From Bugula neritina (lineage: Eukaryota > Animalia > Bryozoa), in the NCBI GenBank assembly GCA_964035545.1, contig OZ037772.1, forward strand, positions 9,231,150 to 9,295,149: DNA of 64,000 nucleotides. Reading direction: 5' to 3'. The notes under the pieces are model-generated. The model did not search any database. It was not told the origin of the DNA and was given only the letters and a program-made list of their open reading frames with translations. Of this stretch, positions 37,158 to 50,093 are shown in pieces. How positions within the stretch are numbered: the stretch's first letter is position 1; every line of letters starts with the position of its first letter. The translations under genes were made by a program, and so were the position numbers.

Positions 37158-39373
37158 GCGCACACATACACATCAGCTAAGTGATACATCTGTACAGTAT
37201 TCACATATTCATGTTTTATATATTTGAATATATTTATATTTTTCAGCATTTCATTTTATGACCAACTTTTAGCCTGAATTCTTATGTTTTGTATTTCAAG
37301 AACAGAGCGGGTTTGTTGTGAGGACACCATAGTGAATGATATACCAGTACCAAAGGGAATGGTTGTACTCACTCTAATCTACGCTATTCACCATGACCCA
37401 GATTATTGGCCAGAGCCAGAAAAATTCAACCCTGAAAGGTTTGCATGGTTGGGCTCTTCTGCTACAGCCCCTTATTTTCATATTTATTATTTACAAACTC
37501 TGTCTATAAACTTTCCAGCTGTTCAATAACAACAATTATGAGTTATACAAATGAGAATTTTGCTAGTAGAAAAAAATTGCTGTTCAGTTATTCAAAAATG
37601 AAACTGCTTACTTATTAGAATGTTTTAGTTACAGTCTCCTCATTTGCTAGACTTTTAAAAATTCTAATTCTTTTTCCACAATTTGTTAAAGCCTACTTAA
37701 AATTTTAAATGTAAAAAGAAGTGACAGTTCACAACAAAGATTGCCTTGGAGTAATCTTCAACGCAATGAGGATTTTAGTAATTATCAGCTCCGTGTAATA
37801 AACTTTACCTAAATATGTGCGTAGGCTAACTCTGTACTCTATTGACAGCCATGATAAACCCATTGTCTATGCTTATGATAAAAGCAGCAAAAGACTGAGG
37901 TTTGTTTAAAATCGCATTCCGGTAAGATCTCTTGAGTTAAAGTCGGGGTGAAGCACTGTGTCCCTCACTATGTTGTAACATGGTTGCATGGAGAACTTTG
38001 GTTGAGGCATAGGAGCTCAATTATTAGAGAGTAGCTGTTGTCTAAGGGTCAGAGCGTTTGCCAAGTAGGCACGAAGCCATGGGCTCCAGCACTGACAAAG
38101 GCCATTGGTGATGTTAGGAAGAGCATCCAGTCATAATTGTTTCTCTGCCCCATTTGAATAAGTCCTTAGCCCGATTTAACCAAAAAATACTTTTTCCATC
38201 AGGGGTTTCTCACGGGGATGGTGACTATAAACTTGTGTGAGACTTATAGGAGCTTAATTATGACCAAATGGATTTCTATGACATATCACCAATGGCCTAA
38301 ACTCAAACCTATGACCTGTTTTATACTAACCATTAGACCATGGCTACCCTCTGTAACAACAGTAAACAATAAAATTTCTGAATTAACATCCCTAATTATG
38401 CAGATTTCTGCCTGAGAACTATTCAGAGGTGCAGCAGAGAGCGTTTCTTCCCTTTGGTGCTGGAGGTAGGATGTGTATCGCCTCAAGACTGGGTCTCATG
38501 GAGGTGAAGATAGCTGTGGTGAAGTTATTGACACGTTTCAGGTTTATCAGTACAAACAGGACACCTGAACATGTATGTCAAAGTTACAAGCACCTGTCTA
38601 CGCAGGGCATATAATGTTCAATGAGTATAGGACTTGACGTGACTTGATAATAAACCATTAATATACTAGAAATGCAAATACATTTATGGCTTAGAGAAAT
38701 AGTATTCCGGCAGTAAAGGTTCTTGTATCTTGGACTGTAGTTTAGCTGTAAAATCTGTAGCTGGTCATATCTGCTGTTATAAAATAATCAAATATGGTGG
38801 TCGCTAAATCATTATCTATAATTTGAAAGTTTAAAGATTTACGCACAAAGATCATAACTGTAGATGATGAAGGGCCACAAAATTCAAAAATTAAGCAAAA
38901 TTTGCTACTTTAATTATCTTACTGAATTGTGTAAATTCCAATTATGTTTTGGAACTAAACATCTTTTAAAGAGATGCAACTTTTATTGCAGAAAACTATA
39001 TATTGCTGGCATTACTAAACTGCCTTTCTATGAAATTATTTACTACTAAATTTCTCATTTTGATTTGACAGAAAATGCAGATAAAAAAGGACTCAATGAT
39101 ATTCCATGATAATTGATTTAATTTCTTCTCATTGAAATAGAAAAGTGGACAACTTCCAAATCTGACATATCACAAATGACGACTGTTTTGAAAAATATGC
39201 TTTTTTTAGTTTTTTTGTTACAGATGTGCAATAAAATTTTATACCAGGCATTTTAAATATCAAACTACATGTTCCTTTTATAGAAAGACTTGAAGTTTCT
39301 GATTGGAATGGATTTCCTAAAGTTACAAGTACCTCTAGAGCTGCAAGCTGTGTCCCGTACCACCTCACTCTGA
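30508..39373 (+). CDS. Cytochrome P450, clan 3 (CYP3A-like), about 527 aa, 13 exons
   Basis: Exons 30508-30563, 30891-30990, 31687-31742, 32075-32285, 33370-33452, 34149-34324, 34837-34982, 35613-35724, 36229-36353, 36596-36717, 37301-37438, 38404-38572, 39284-39373 (1584 nt). N-terminal anchor, WKHVR, AAGLDTT, KETLR, PERF, FGAGGRMCIA. The last exon is the least certain. Confidence 0.92.
33087..33250 (-). mobile_element. Same SINE family, internally deleted
   Basis: Reverse complement of tail and core; a more degenerate copy lies at about 32361-32545 (+). Confidence 0.75.
36708..37090. repeat. 30-bp minisatellite (13 copies) spanning the CYP exon-10 donor
   Basis: Unit CTGTGCTAAG|GTGGGTTAATATAGTAGCAG. 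Confidence 0.95.
38027..38242 (+). mobile_element. Same SINE family
   Basis: Head, core and tail present. Confidence 0.85.
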
Positions 39374-39537
39374 TGACCTCTGACTGATGACCTCTGACTG
39401 ATGACCTCACTCTGATGACCTCTGACTGATGACCTTTCTCTGATTACCCTTATTCCAATGACTTTAGTATGTGATGACCTTACTATGATGACCCACTCTG
39501 ATGACCTCTCTCTCTGATGACCTCTCTCTGATGACCT
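39362..39537. repeat. About 13-bp degenerate minisatellite starting at the CYP stop codon
   Basis: Unit approximately CTGATGACCTCTGA / CTGATGACCTCACT; the first copy contains the TGA stop at 39371-39373. Confidence 0.8.
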
Positions 39538-39581
39538 TAATTATATGCGTCTAGTATTATAAGGCTCACTGGCTGCACATA

Positions 39582-40273
39582 CACGGGCTTTCCATGTACC
39601 GATCTCAGATCGATCTCGCTGAGATCGATCTGAGAAATGTGCTCAGATCGATCGTTTTTCCATAATAGTGTCAGATCGATCTCGCGAAGTTGCCTCCTCT
39701 TAAGTGAAGGATACTTTAAAAGTATAATTTGTTCACCTATTTGAGTGATTAAAGCTACTACTGTTGAAAACAAGATAGTAGTAGTCTAAAATTTAATCCC
39801 AGCTATAAACTATACGCAGCAAAGCTTTCAGTGTATGGTAATTTAGCCAATTTAAAATAATTAATTTTAATATTTTAGCTTAACAGCTTATATAAAATTA
39901 ATGGCTGTCTTGCAGATTATTAACAAACTTACAGGACCCTTAGGCTTAAAATTACGAAGAAAATAGCTAATGAAACTAAGTTTTGATAGTCATTTAACTT
40001 CACTTTAAATTTTCCCATTTTTTTTTTACCTTCTACTGCATATAATTGAGTTTTCTTAATCATTGTACTGAAAGTCAAAGTTTTGGCATCTGAAAAAGTA
40101 GTTATCATGATTATTTAATACTTTGCTTAGTAGTTATCAATAAGTTGTCATTTTTATTAGCAGACAACATTGTAGCACGCAGTCTTTTTTTACTTCTCAG
40201 ATCGATCTTTGGCGTCTTTCCATGGTCTTATTGACATGAGATCGATCTGAGATCGGTACATGGAAAGCCGGTG
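39582..40273. mobile_element. Non-autonomous DNA transposon with CAC...GTG ends, 36-bp TIR and 3-bp TSD (possibly CMC/CACTA-type)
   Basis: TIR CACGGGCTTTCCATGTACCGATCTCAGATCGATCTC matches the other end at 35/36; ATA flanks both ends; repeated subterminal AGATCGATCT palindromes. Confidence 0.85.
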
Positions 40274-41635
40274 ATACAGGACATTAAATATACATAGAAG
40301 TGCAAAAAAAGTACCATTTAACCTTTTGATTTTTTGTGTTTTTGAAATTAATAGCTTCTATTTTTCTAATGATATAATAAATTGCATAATTCTCACAATT
40401 TATCAGTAAACTATATTGCTTGTTCTGCATTTTTAGTTGCAACATAAAGACTACACAGTTTGATACAGCTGCTAAATTATTGCTAAAAAACTTTTTATTG
40501 CTGAAAAAATGCTATAACATAATATTCAGAAATTAATTTCATTCTAAATTTATTGCAACTAAAAAAATTTACAAGCAATGATTTAATTTCTATAGAAAAT
40601 TTCTCAAGATGGTTTAAGCCTATGCATTCCAACAGAAATTTATTAAAAATTAAATGAATTTAAATTTCTCCATTTTAAATCATTAAGACCAGGCATTAGT
40701 TAAGTTTTAATAAAGATTTTGTTATTGTACTACATTTGACATACAACATTATTTCATGCTTCAAGTGTTTATACATTTTATTCACATCCAGGGTATAATT
40801 ATGTAATAGTAACAATTCGTGTTCAGCTGCTTTAGATAACTTAGAAAACAAAATGCACTTTTAGCATCACTTGTTTCTGTAATGTTAATCTAAGACAATA
40901 TAAGTTATAAAAATATCTACAGATTTATTTTAAAACAAATGCAACTTAAACAATTTTAAGTCTTTAGCAGAAAGTAATATAAATATATCATTGAATATGC
41001 CATATAATATATTATATGACTGCTATCTACATACATTGCATATAAATATACAGATACATGTATATAATAATATAATATAGTAATATAATATATTTGTGCT
41101 TGCTAATAATTTAAAAACTTTGTATAACATCTACCATTTAAAATGCTATTTAAATGGTTTATTGCAATAACTAGTTTCAAGTCACCAAAACAAAACATAT
41201 TAATAACAGTAAATTTCAGAACTCTTGGCAATTGCAGTTTACACCTACTAACATAAAACAAACTCTGCCAGCAAAATACTTTTTAACCCCCCCCCCCCCA
41301 ACAGTAGCCAATGAAATAGAGTCTTACACTATCTCATATATTCACACATATAAAGTATGATTGAGGGTGTTAAATTTTAAAACAAGTTTTAATACTGAGA
41401 AAAATGTAGATTTGTGTTTTTTTTAAATTCTTATAAATTGAAAAAAAATTCTACTGAAACCAAGCCTTGATTATTGTTTATTTAAGCTTTGCTGTATACA
41501 TAACATGTGTAAGCATTGTTAATAATGTCAATATTGAAATTATAAAAGTTTTCAGGATTACCAAAATATGTTTTATAGATTAGACCAAACTAGAGCTTAG
41601 AGCAAAAATTATAGTTGGAGATTTCAATTGTAGGA

Positions 41636-44600
41636 CTATTTATTAGATTCTGTGCTATTCCTTTTAGAAACTATCGATTGGAGTTTTCTTTTCTGTAGAG
41701 GACTACCTGTAATCATTTGCTTTTCACTCTGGTTCAACTTTGTTTCTTTGTTCGCTAAGATAGGAGATTTTTTATTGGCTAATGTTTTGATAGGCGGAGC
41801 ATTGCTACTTTTACTTCTCAGCTGCTCTGCATTCAACTTGTTTCGAATTTTTTGAGTTTCCGATTGACTTCTGATTGGAGAAATTTTTCTTCTATTTTCT
41901 TTCTGCTCCGTCTTTCTCTGCAATATAAATAAATATTCCTGAAATACAATAATATATTGTTTGTAATTAAACGTATAGTCATGTGTCTGCAATAATAATA
42001 TATATTTATTATTTTTAGATTAGACAATTTTATTTTTAGCTCTTGGAGTTGCCCTCTTTTCTGACCTTCAAGTTCTAAATTGATTTGGTCTCATGCAGCA
42101 TAAAGGTACTTATATTTTAGACATATCAATTTTTCTAGCTTCATGATGCAATTTACAATTACATAAAAATATAGTTGCCTGTTAGATGACTTGAGATTTA
42201 ATATTTTTCAAGTATATATACAATATTATCCAAAATAATTACACTCTCATGCCATTTTATGGTGAGAAACCTCTGATGGGAGGTTTTTTTTGTTAAAGTG
42301 GTCTAAAGACTTATTCAGATTATGCACAGAAGAAATTATGACTGGATGCTCTTCCTATCATCACTAATCATGACCTTTTTATACTGGGATTCAAACCCAT
42401 GACCCTACGTTTACTAAGTCAATGCACTAACCCCTAGACCACGGTTGCTCTCCATTCAGAATACTCACACTAATGCTACTATAATTACTGCCCCTCGGGC
42501 TCTGTCCTCCAGTTTGTAGGGATAATCTATCTGGTGAACTATGAACTATAGGGGAAAACTGCTCATATGAAAGTCTTGGCAAATCTTCAAACTCTTTAGA
42601 TTTCCTTCTTTGCAATCTTGGAAAAAACTTCCCTCCGCCTGAAAAATTTTGTATACATTTAGTTGTTTGTTTGTAGAACAAAATGGTTGCTTTGACTGTT
42701 AAAAATATAATATTTGATTTACTTCTAAATTTTATAAACTTACGAAAGTTTATACTCACTATCACTGTGAGAAAACCCTGATGGAAAGGGTTTTTGTTAG
42801 AAAGGGCTATAAAGGACTTATTTAGATGAGGCACAAGAGCAATTATGACTGGTCGCTCTTCCTAACACCACCAACGGCCTTTGTCGGGGTTTGAACCCAT
42901 AACTTTGTGTTTACTAGGCAAGTGCTCTAACCCCTAACCTCTATATATTGCTAGCTAATTTTGATATCAAACTAGTACAGTCTGTATATATATCATATTT
43001 ATTTTAATATGTGTATTATATATTATAATCTTTGGGGTTTGTCCGGGTTCAAACCCATGACTTCATGTTCACAAAGCGAATACTTGAACCCCTAGACCAC
43101 GGCTGCTCCCTAACCTTTAGTTTTTATATGTAGATATAAAAATTAAATCATTTTTCTAGATAGCTTAAATATAGGCAATGATGAAATATAAGCACAATGT
43201 GATTATGAATTTTGTTCATAGACAACTCATACTTTTATTTGAAAATAAAATATTTTTTTGAAGCCAAGTGAATTTATATTAAAATTGTAAAGCTCATAAA
43301 ACTAGTTTCTCTTTAATGAAGACAAAGTTAAAGTTAATGTTTCCTTAACATTTTTGAAGCGAAATAAATCTGGAATAATTTTGAGTTTACAATTAGTTTC
43401 TATTCAAAGTAAATGAGTAGTTCCAGTATTTCCACTACAAAGTGGAAGCTTCTTTAACACAGGAAATATTTGTTCATTCACATTACTCATTAACTACTGT
43501 TCAGTGTTAACTTGTAGGAGTTTTCAAGTGGACTCATTGTGTAATACTATATGCATACAATTATTATGATAAGAATATTTAATAGTAAGACTTGACATTT
43601 AAATAACAAGATAATTACTTAGTGTAACATTCTATGCTATGTGAATGAACCTATAACCACTCTAGGACTTGTTAAATCAAATAGTTTTTCATTGTGTGCT
43701 TGTGATAATGTTACAGAAAAAGTTGAAGCAGTTTAAATTTGAAATAATAAATATTTTATGAAGTTTGTTTTGTTAATGTAATGTGAGCTAAATACGTCAG
43801 TCAAGTGTTGGTTGTGGGGTTTAGTTTTGTTCAAGTGTTGATTCTACTTGCTATTGTCAAGTGGTTAATTTAGAAGTTGAAAGTGGCCCATGTTATTACA
43901 ATACTCATAACAATAAAATTTTCATTATTTTAATCTAACACTTGATTTTGCAATAATAATGTTTAAGCAGACACAGAATTTTATTTTTCATACGTTATAA
44001 GCAAAAACTTTAGCATTTTTAAAGTATAGTCTTTGAAAATAAAATATGGTATAAATAGGTACTATATTTAAGCCCTAATATACAATATAGTGCAATATAA
44101 ATAGTGTACTACAATATAATATATAATATAGTGTCACAATATAAAATATTGTACTATGGCATATAATATAGTGTACTGTAGTATGTATTATAATGTGCAA
44201 TATAACATTATATGCTAAGTGTATAATATGATCTATAATGTAGTGCAAGATAGAGTCATATAACATAGTGTATATAGTATAAAATAACATAGTGTTTCCT
44301 AATATATAGTGTAAAATAATATATAATGTATTGTAATATATTCTAGTGCAATATAATATATAGTATAACATCATATTGTGAGATGTAATAGCAATATAAT
44401 ATATACAATATTTTCTACTATATAATATATGTAATATAGTGTAATATGACATAGTATGATACAATATAGTATAATGTAATATAGTAATGTATAACACAGT
44501 ACAAGACTATACCTGGTAACTTCATGGAACTCAGGCTAACAAAGGTGACTGGATACGGGTCAACTGGAGAGGCAGCGTCACCATCTTCTGACTCAGAGAT

Positions 44601-46765
44601 CTTTGGCAATGAAGACCATCTTGCCGGCTTTTCACTCGTAGATTTCAAATCTAGACACACAAATTTTGACAAATCAAAACAGATCTGAATATGTGATGAG
44701 TTAAAAATCATAACAAACCAGAGCAGGGGCGGACAACTTCTTTTGCGTGAGAGCTAAATTCAGAAGTCAACCATTACAAAGGGCCACATAATTGTACATA
44801 TGTACGTTAGATTTTATTATAATAAAGAAATTTGCCACCAAATCTATGCTGTGCTAATTGGAATGCATATAGCAGTTTTAGTGATCTTGGGCAGTAAAAG
44901 GGCTACTGAAAAATGGACAAAGAGCCACAGGTGGCCCTGGGGCCCTCAGTTGTCTACCCCTGAACTAAAGCTATAAAATTTGAAATTCCCTGAGGCCCCT
45001 TGTTACCCACCCTTGAACTAAAAAAACTTCAAATGAGCTCATTATAGGCTACAAATAGAAATACTCTGCTTGGATTTTGCTCCATTGGTTTTTCACTAAT
45101 ATTATTTATAAGAGTACACAATAGATCCAAAACACATAATAAACTGATCACTAATGTTAAAACATCAAGAGCAATAACATAAAGCATTGAAAATGACAAT
45201 TTTGCAATAAAATGTAAGGCAAAAATTTTAATTGAAAGATTTTGAAGCTATATAATTAAATTAAGGTTAATATATATATCATAAAAATATATATATTTAA
45301 ATATGTTTTTTTTCACCTAAGTTTGACTACTTACAGTATATATATCAAACATATTATGGTTAATTAAATTCATATGTATAAGATTGGTATTGCATGGTAA
45401 CTCCATTTACCTTGAATCCTGTTGGTAAGCTTAGACTGAGTAACCTGTAATTTCTTTATTTGATGAGCAAGGGACGCCTCCGTAGCCTTCTGTACACTTT
45501 CCAAGTCCCTATCAGTCTTAGCCGTTGACTGATAACTCTGGCGCCGTTGAAAGGAAATTGCCTGAAATTATTGTATCTAAATAAATAGTTGATTGGCATG
45601 TGGGGGTAAATTTAAAGTTATATTTTCAAGTAGTGTTGGTGCCTGCAAATATTTACACTCTGAGAAGATTATTATAAGTCAAATCTTAATGATATTTCTA
45701 CATCTAAATTATATGGGCTGAAACCTAAAGCTTTCAATATTAAATTTGATTTATATATAGCATAATGTTTTAGATGAACTAACAAGAATGCTTTACACAT
45801 AACACACACACACACGCACACACACGCACACACACGCACGCACGCACGCACGCACACACGCACACACGCACAGGCACGCACACGCACGCGCACACACACG
45901 CACACACACGCACACACACGCACACACACGCACACACACGCACACACACGCACACATATACTATAATATCTAAGTAGTTTTTAAAAGTATTAAATATCCT
46001 TTTTTTTCAACAAATTCATTATATATAATTCTTGCATGTATAGTATTAAAGCAAAATTAAAATTATTATAGTATTATGGATAGGTGCATAGTTTTACCTC
46101 AAAGTCTCTCCTTTCATCAGAGTCCTTAAAAGGCACAGCATGCTTTGTATTATTCATCATACAATTCTACAAAAATCATATCATGTTCATTTCAATATTA
46201 TATATTCTTCTCATTAAATAATATAACATATCATACCATTCTGTTAGTATTGTTGCCAAGTCTAAACACACAAAATCTGTCAAATCAAAGTATGGGAATA
46301 TTATGAGCTATAATAATAATTTATTAAGTAAACCAAAATTATTAGAATTAAGGAAATCTTTTAATACTATATGATCACCAGATTACATAGTATTTTGAAT
46401 TACTGTTATTTTTAACAGTAAGAAAATCTCTTATTTCCTTATTAAAATAATAATTTGATTGAAATATATTTTAATACAATATAATATAAATGTAATATTG
46501 TAATATAAATATAATATAAGACAGTATAAATGTAATATGTTATGAATGTAATATGTTATAAATGTAAAATGATAATGTACGTAAATGTAATAAAATATAA
46601 ATGTAATATAATATTATAAATGTAATATAAACATTATCAATATAATATAATATAATATAATCAGACTTCAACCAGAATGCCTTTGAAATCCGCCAATACC
46701 TTACAAGTTGAGTGATAGATAGTGGTTTTTAGTTCACAACCAGCTGTTACTCCCTTGTAGGTCAT
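41636..46765 (-). CDS. Uncharacterised basic, Ser-rich protein (about 291 aa), 6 coding exons
   Basis: Phase-consistent GT-AG exons 46765-46700, 46166-46098, 45561-45411, 44650-44513, 42638-42469, 41917-41636. No recognised domain; the first and last exons are uncertain. Confidence 0.6.
42258..42452 (-). mobile_element. Same SINE family
   Basis: Reverse complement of head and core. Confidence 0.8.
42745..42938 (-). mobile_element. Same SINE family
   Basis: Reverse complement of a near-full copy; a head-only fragment lies at about 43037-43110. Confidence 0.85.
44724..44962. mobile_element. hAT-type MITE, older copy
   Basis: TIRs CAGGGGCGGACAAC / GTTGTCTACCCCTG, imperfect 8-bp TSD AACCAGAG / AACTAAAG; the right end is partly duplicated at about 44990-45022. 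Confidence 0.7.
45802..45957. repeat. (CA/CG)n microsatellite
   Basis: CACACACG and CACG runs. Confidence 0.95.
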
Positions 46766-48248
46766 GATGGAATAAAGTTTATATATCGTTTACTTTAATA
46801 TATACTGTGTAATATACTAACTAAGATAATTTTCTTCAGTGATTATAAACTGATGCACTGAAATTAACTTTACGCAATGATTAAGCTGCAAGATGCAAAG
46901 TTTTTAATGAAATAGTTGACCAATAAAATGATTAGCTACAGAAAAGTAATCATAACCCAAGCCTTCAGAAAAAAGAAAAAAAAATCAATGCATGAAAAAA
47001 CAAAATAAAAGCACTTGCTTTTGTTTATGTCACATTTCACTTACAATTCATAAATGTCAACGCTTGCCTGAGTCACTGCAGTGTATGTATAGTTGTTCAA
47101 TGATGTATTCGATTCTATAACAACTGCATATGTATACAGCATTGAAATGAATAGAATGGTTATCAAAATGAATGAATATTTACATAAATATACAGGCCCT
47201 ACGTCATTCATATGAGCTCAAACAGCAAAATATTATTACAATCATAGTTCTAGGCCCAGTTGCTTGTTGTTGGCTAGTTTTTATCAGTTTAAATACAATA
47301 TAGCAGTATAATAAAGCATTCAGTCATTCTTATACTTGTGTCAATAACTTTCTTTGACACAGTATGATAAAAAGCAAAGGTAATGATTTATATTACATAC
47401 GAGTATAGTATACTTTGGTCTAACAAAAGCAGAGAGCATAATAACGTCATATTATATGATTTTCAATGAGTTGAGAGTGAATTTTACTGCAGTCAGCAAA
47501 TTAATAGATGACAGGAAACTGATGATTTATGCTGCCAAAGTTTAAATTTCAACACTTGCATGGGCCATAGTTTGTATATTAATAAGAGTTATTTCAACTT
47601 TTTTACTAAATTACTATGTAAAGATAACTTCAGGTAAAGCTGGCTTGAAGTCTCAAGCAGTAAAACCTGTGTCTTTTAAATATAAAATATTATTTAGTTA
47701 AAAAATGATGTAATTGGATTATATTTAATTTAATTCTTGTTTTATTTAATTGGTTGATTAGTTATTAGTTGTCTATAAGAGGTGTTTCAATTCGACAGGT
47801 TAATTGACTTACATTTAAATATGTTCCATATTACTATAATATATAGGACTACTATATTATAGTAGTCCTTAAGCATACTAGGGAGTTGTTGCATCTTGAA
47901 AATTCTAATTTATATTATGTAACCATATTTTGTTATACAAACACTAACTATTCAATGGTTATCATATTATACTAATGTGTAATTTATAAAGGTATTTTAG
48001 CAAATTATTATAATGTTTTTATATATTACATTTAATAGAATATTACATTATGATTTTTATATAGTATTATAATATATTATTGCATCATAACTTTATATTG
48101 TTGAGATAATGCTATTCCCTTATAATATTATATGAATTTTATTATTTTATAATATCATAAGATTATAATATATAATACACATATGATACATATGATATAT
48201 ATACACAGAGTATACTAGTTAAATATTAAAATTAGCTAACAATATATA

Positions 48249-48452
48249 GAGGCTAGGGGTTAAGGCACTTGCCTGGTATAACACGAAGTTATTGGTTCAA
48301 ACCCTGACGAAGGCCATTGGTGATGTTAGGAAGAGCATCCAGTCATAGTTGCTCCTGTGTCTCATCTGAATAAGTCCTTAGCCCAATTTAACAAAAACCC
48401 TTTCTATCAGGATCGTTTCTCACAGGGATGGTGACTATAAACTTGTGTGAGT
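48249..48452 (+). mobile_element. Same SINE family
   Basis: Head, core and tail present. Confidence 0.85.
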
Positions 48453-49362
48453 TTTACGTAGAGACAATCATCGTTAGTTAGGCCAATTAACTACATAATA
48501 ACTAATAATATATTTACGTATATCTTTATTAGAAAAAGTATCCTTAAATATGTTTAAACTAAAGTGAGAGATTTGCACATCAATGATGCATGCAGTACAG
48601 AATAAATCAGAAAAGTATAAAATGGTAATAAAATATACTTGATAAGATAGACAGTGTAGCTGAGAACATAACTCCCAAATTAAAAAAACTAGTAAAATAA
48701 GTATGAGTTAATTTTGTATAAATCATTAATTCTAATAAAAACAGTATTTTTATTTCATAATAATTAATATTTTTATTATTTTAGTATGCTTTTTCATAAT
48801 GAAATATTGAAAAAATTTTATGCAGTTTTATTTTGATAAATTTACACAATATTATATGATTGTAGTACTTTATTATAGCTATATATAATTTACTGCTTGT
48901 ATTATTTTAGACAGAACCATAAGCAACATAGTGTTATAATTGCTATAGAAGTGAATTTTTATCTACAGTGAATGTGCTTATAGATAACATAAAAATAACA
49001 ACTCCAATATGCAATACTAATATAAATTTGAATTAAAATTGCACATGCGCTTGGATAGTCTGCACAATGAAAAAGGAAGCCATTAAATGGGTTTGTATCT
49101 AAAAATAACTAATTCAGTATTCTACAATCATGATCCTTGTTTTTGAAAAAGCCTACGTTCTAGATGGAAAATGAGCAAAGGAAGTTATTTTAAATACCTT
49201 TGGCTATTGAAGTTTCTCCACTACTGCACCTGGCAAATGGTTTGTGTAAGATCAACTTTTCACCAGTAGCATTTTTAACTTCCATTAGTTGAGACCTGCA
49301 CTCAAACATTACGCCATTTGGTGACTAATCATAGGCCCTATTTATGTAGACTAAACCCGCGC

Positions 49363-49544
49363 AAGTTGATAGTCCCCATACCTGTGAGAAACCCCTGATG
49401 GAAGAGGTTTTTTCGTTGAATCGGGCTAAGGACTTATTCAGATGGCCTTTATTGGGGGAGGGGGGGGGGGGGGGGTTCTAACCCATGATTTGTGTTTACT
49501 AAGCAAACGCTCTAACCCCTAGACCCTAGACCACAGCTGCTCCC
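49363..49544 (-). mobile_element. Same SINE family, core deleted
   Basis: Reverse complement of head and tail with a poly-G insertion. Confidence 0.75.
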
Positions 49545-50093
49545 AGTGGATAATCAAATGAATATAGACCTCTTAATCTACATATTCTGGCAACACAATT
49601 ATATTATCATTTTGGCTTTGCTGCAGAAGAAGTTGGCAGTAGACATATTGTGGTGCAACACGTTATGTAACCAGTTAGATAATTGGTCAAATTGTGAAAA
49701 GATTTACTCTATGGCATTCAATGCATACTATGTTGTTAGTCATAGCTTTTACTACTGATGAAGTGTTGATGTTTATGATCGTAATTTAGATCAAATCAGT
49801 GGGCTAATTACTCACCTGCGATTTAGGCTGCACGTGTAAAGTTACTTATAATTCGTTAACATTCTGGTCACTCAACCAATAAACAGCCGTAATGTTGAGT
49901 TTGATCATCCACAGGCACTACACGATGAACAAGAAGGCGTTTGTCTAATGCTTGCCTAATAGAGTGAGTGCGGACACATGTTGGTTGTTGCCGTCAGATT
50001 TCCAGCGCAGCTACATGCAAATTGCCACCTTCTGACAGCTTACACCTGCTGCCTGGTTTCAGTACGTGTAGTAGTGCAGTGAAGGTATTCAAC

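Noticed and set aside
39072-39116. Alternative CYP terminal exon (KMQIKKDSMIFHDN*)
   Set aside because: Too short; 39284-39373 gives a more typical P450 C-terminus. Not excluded without cDNA.
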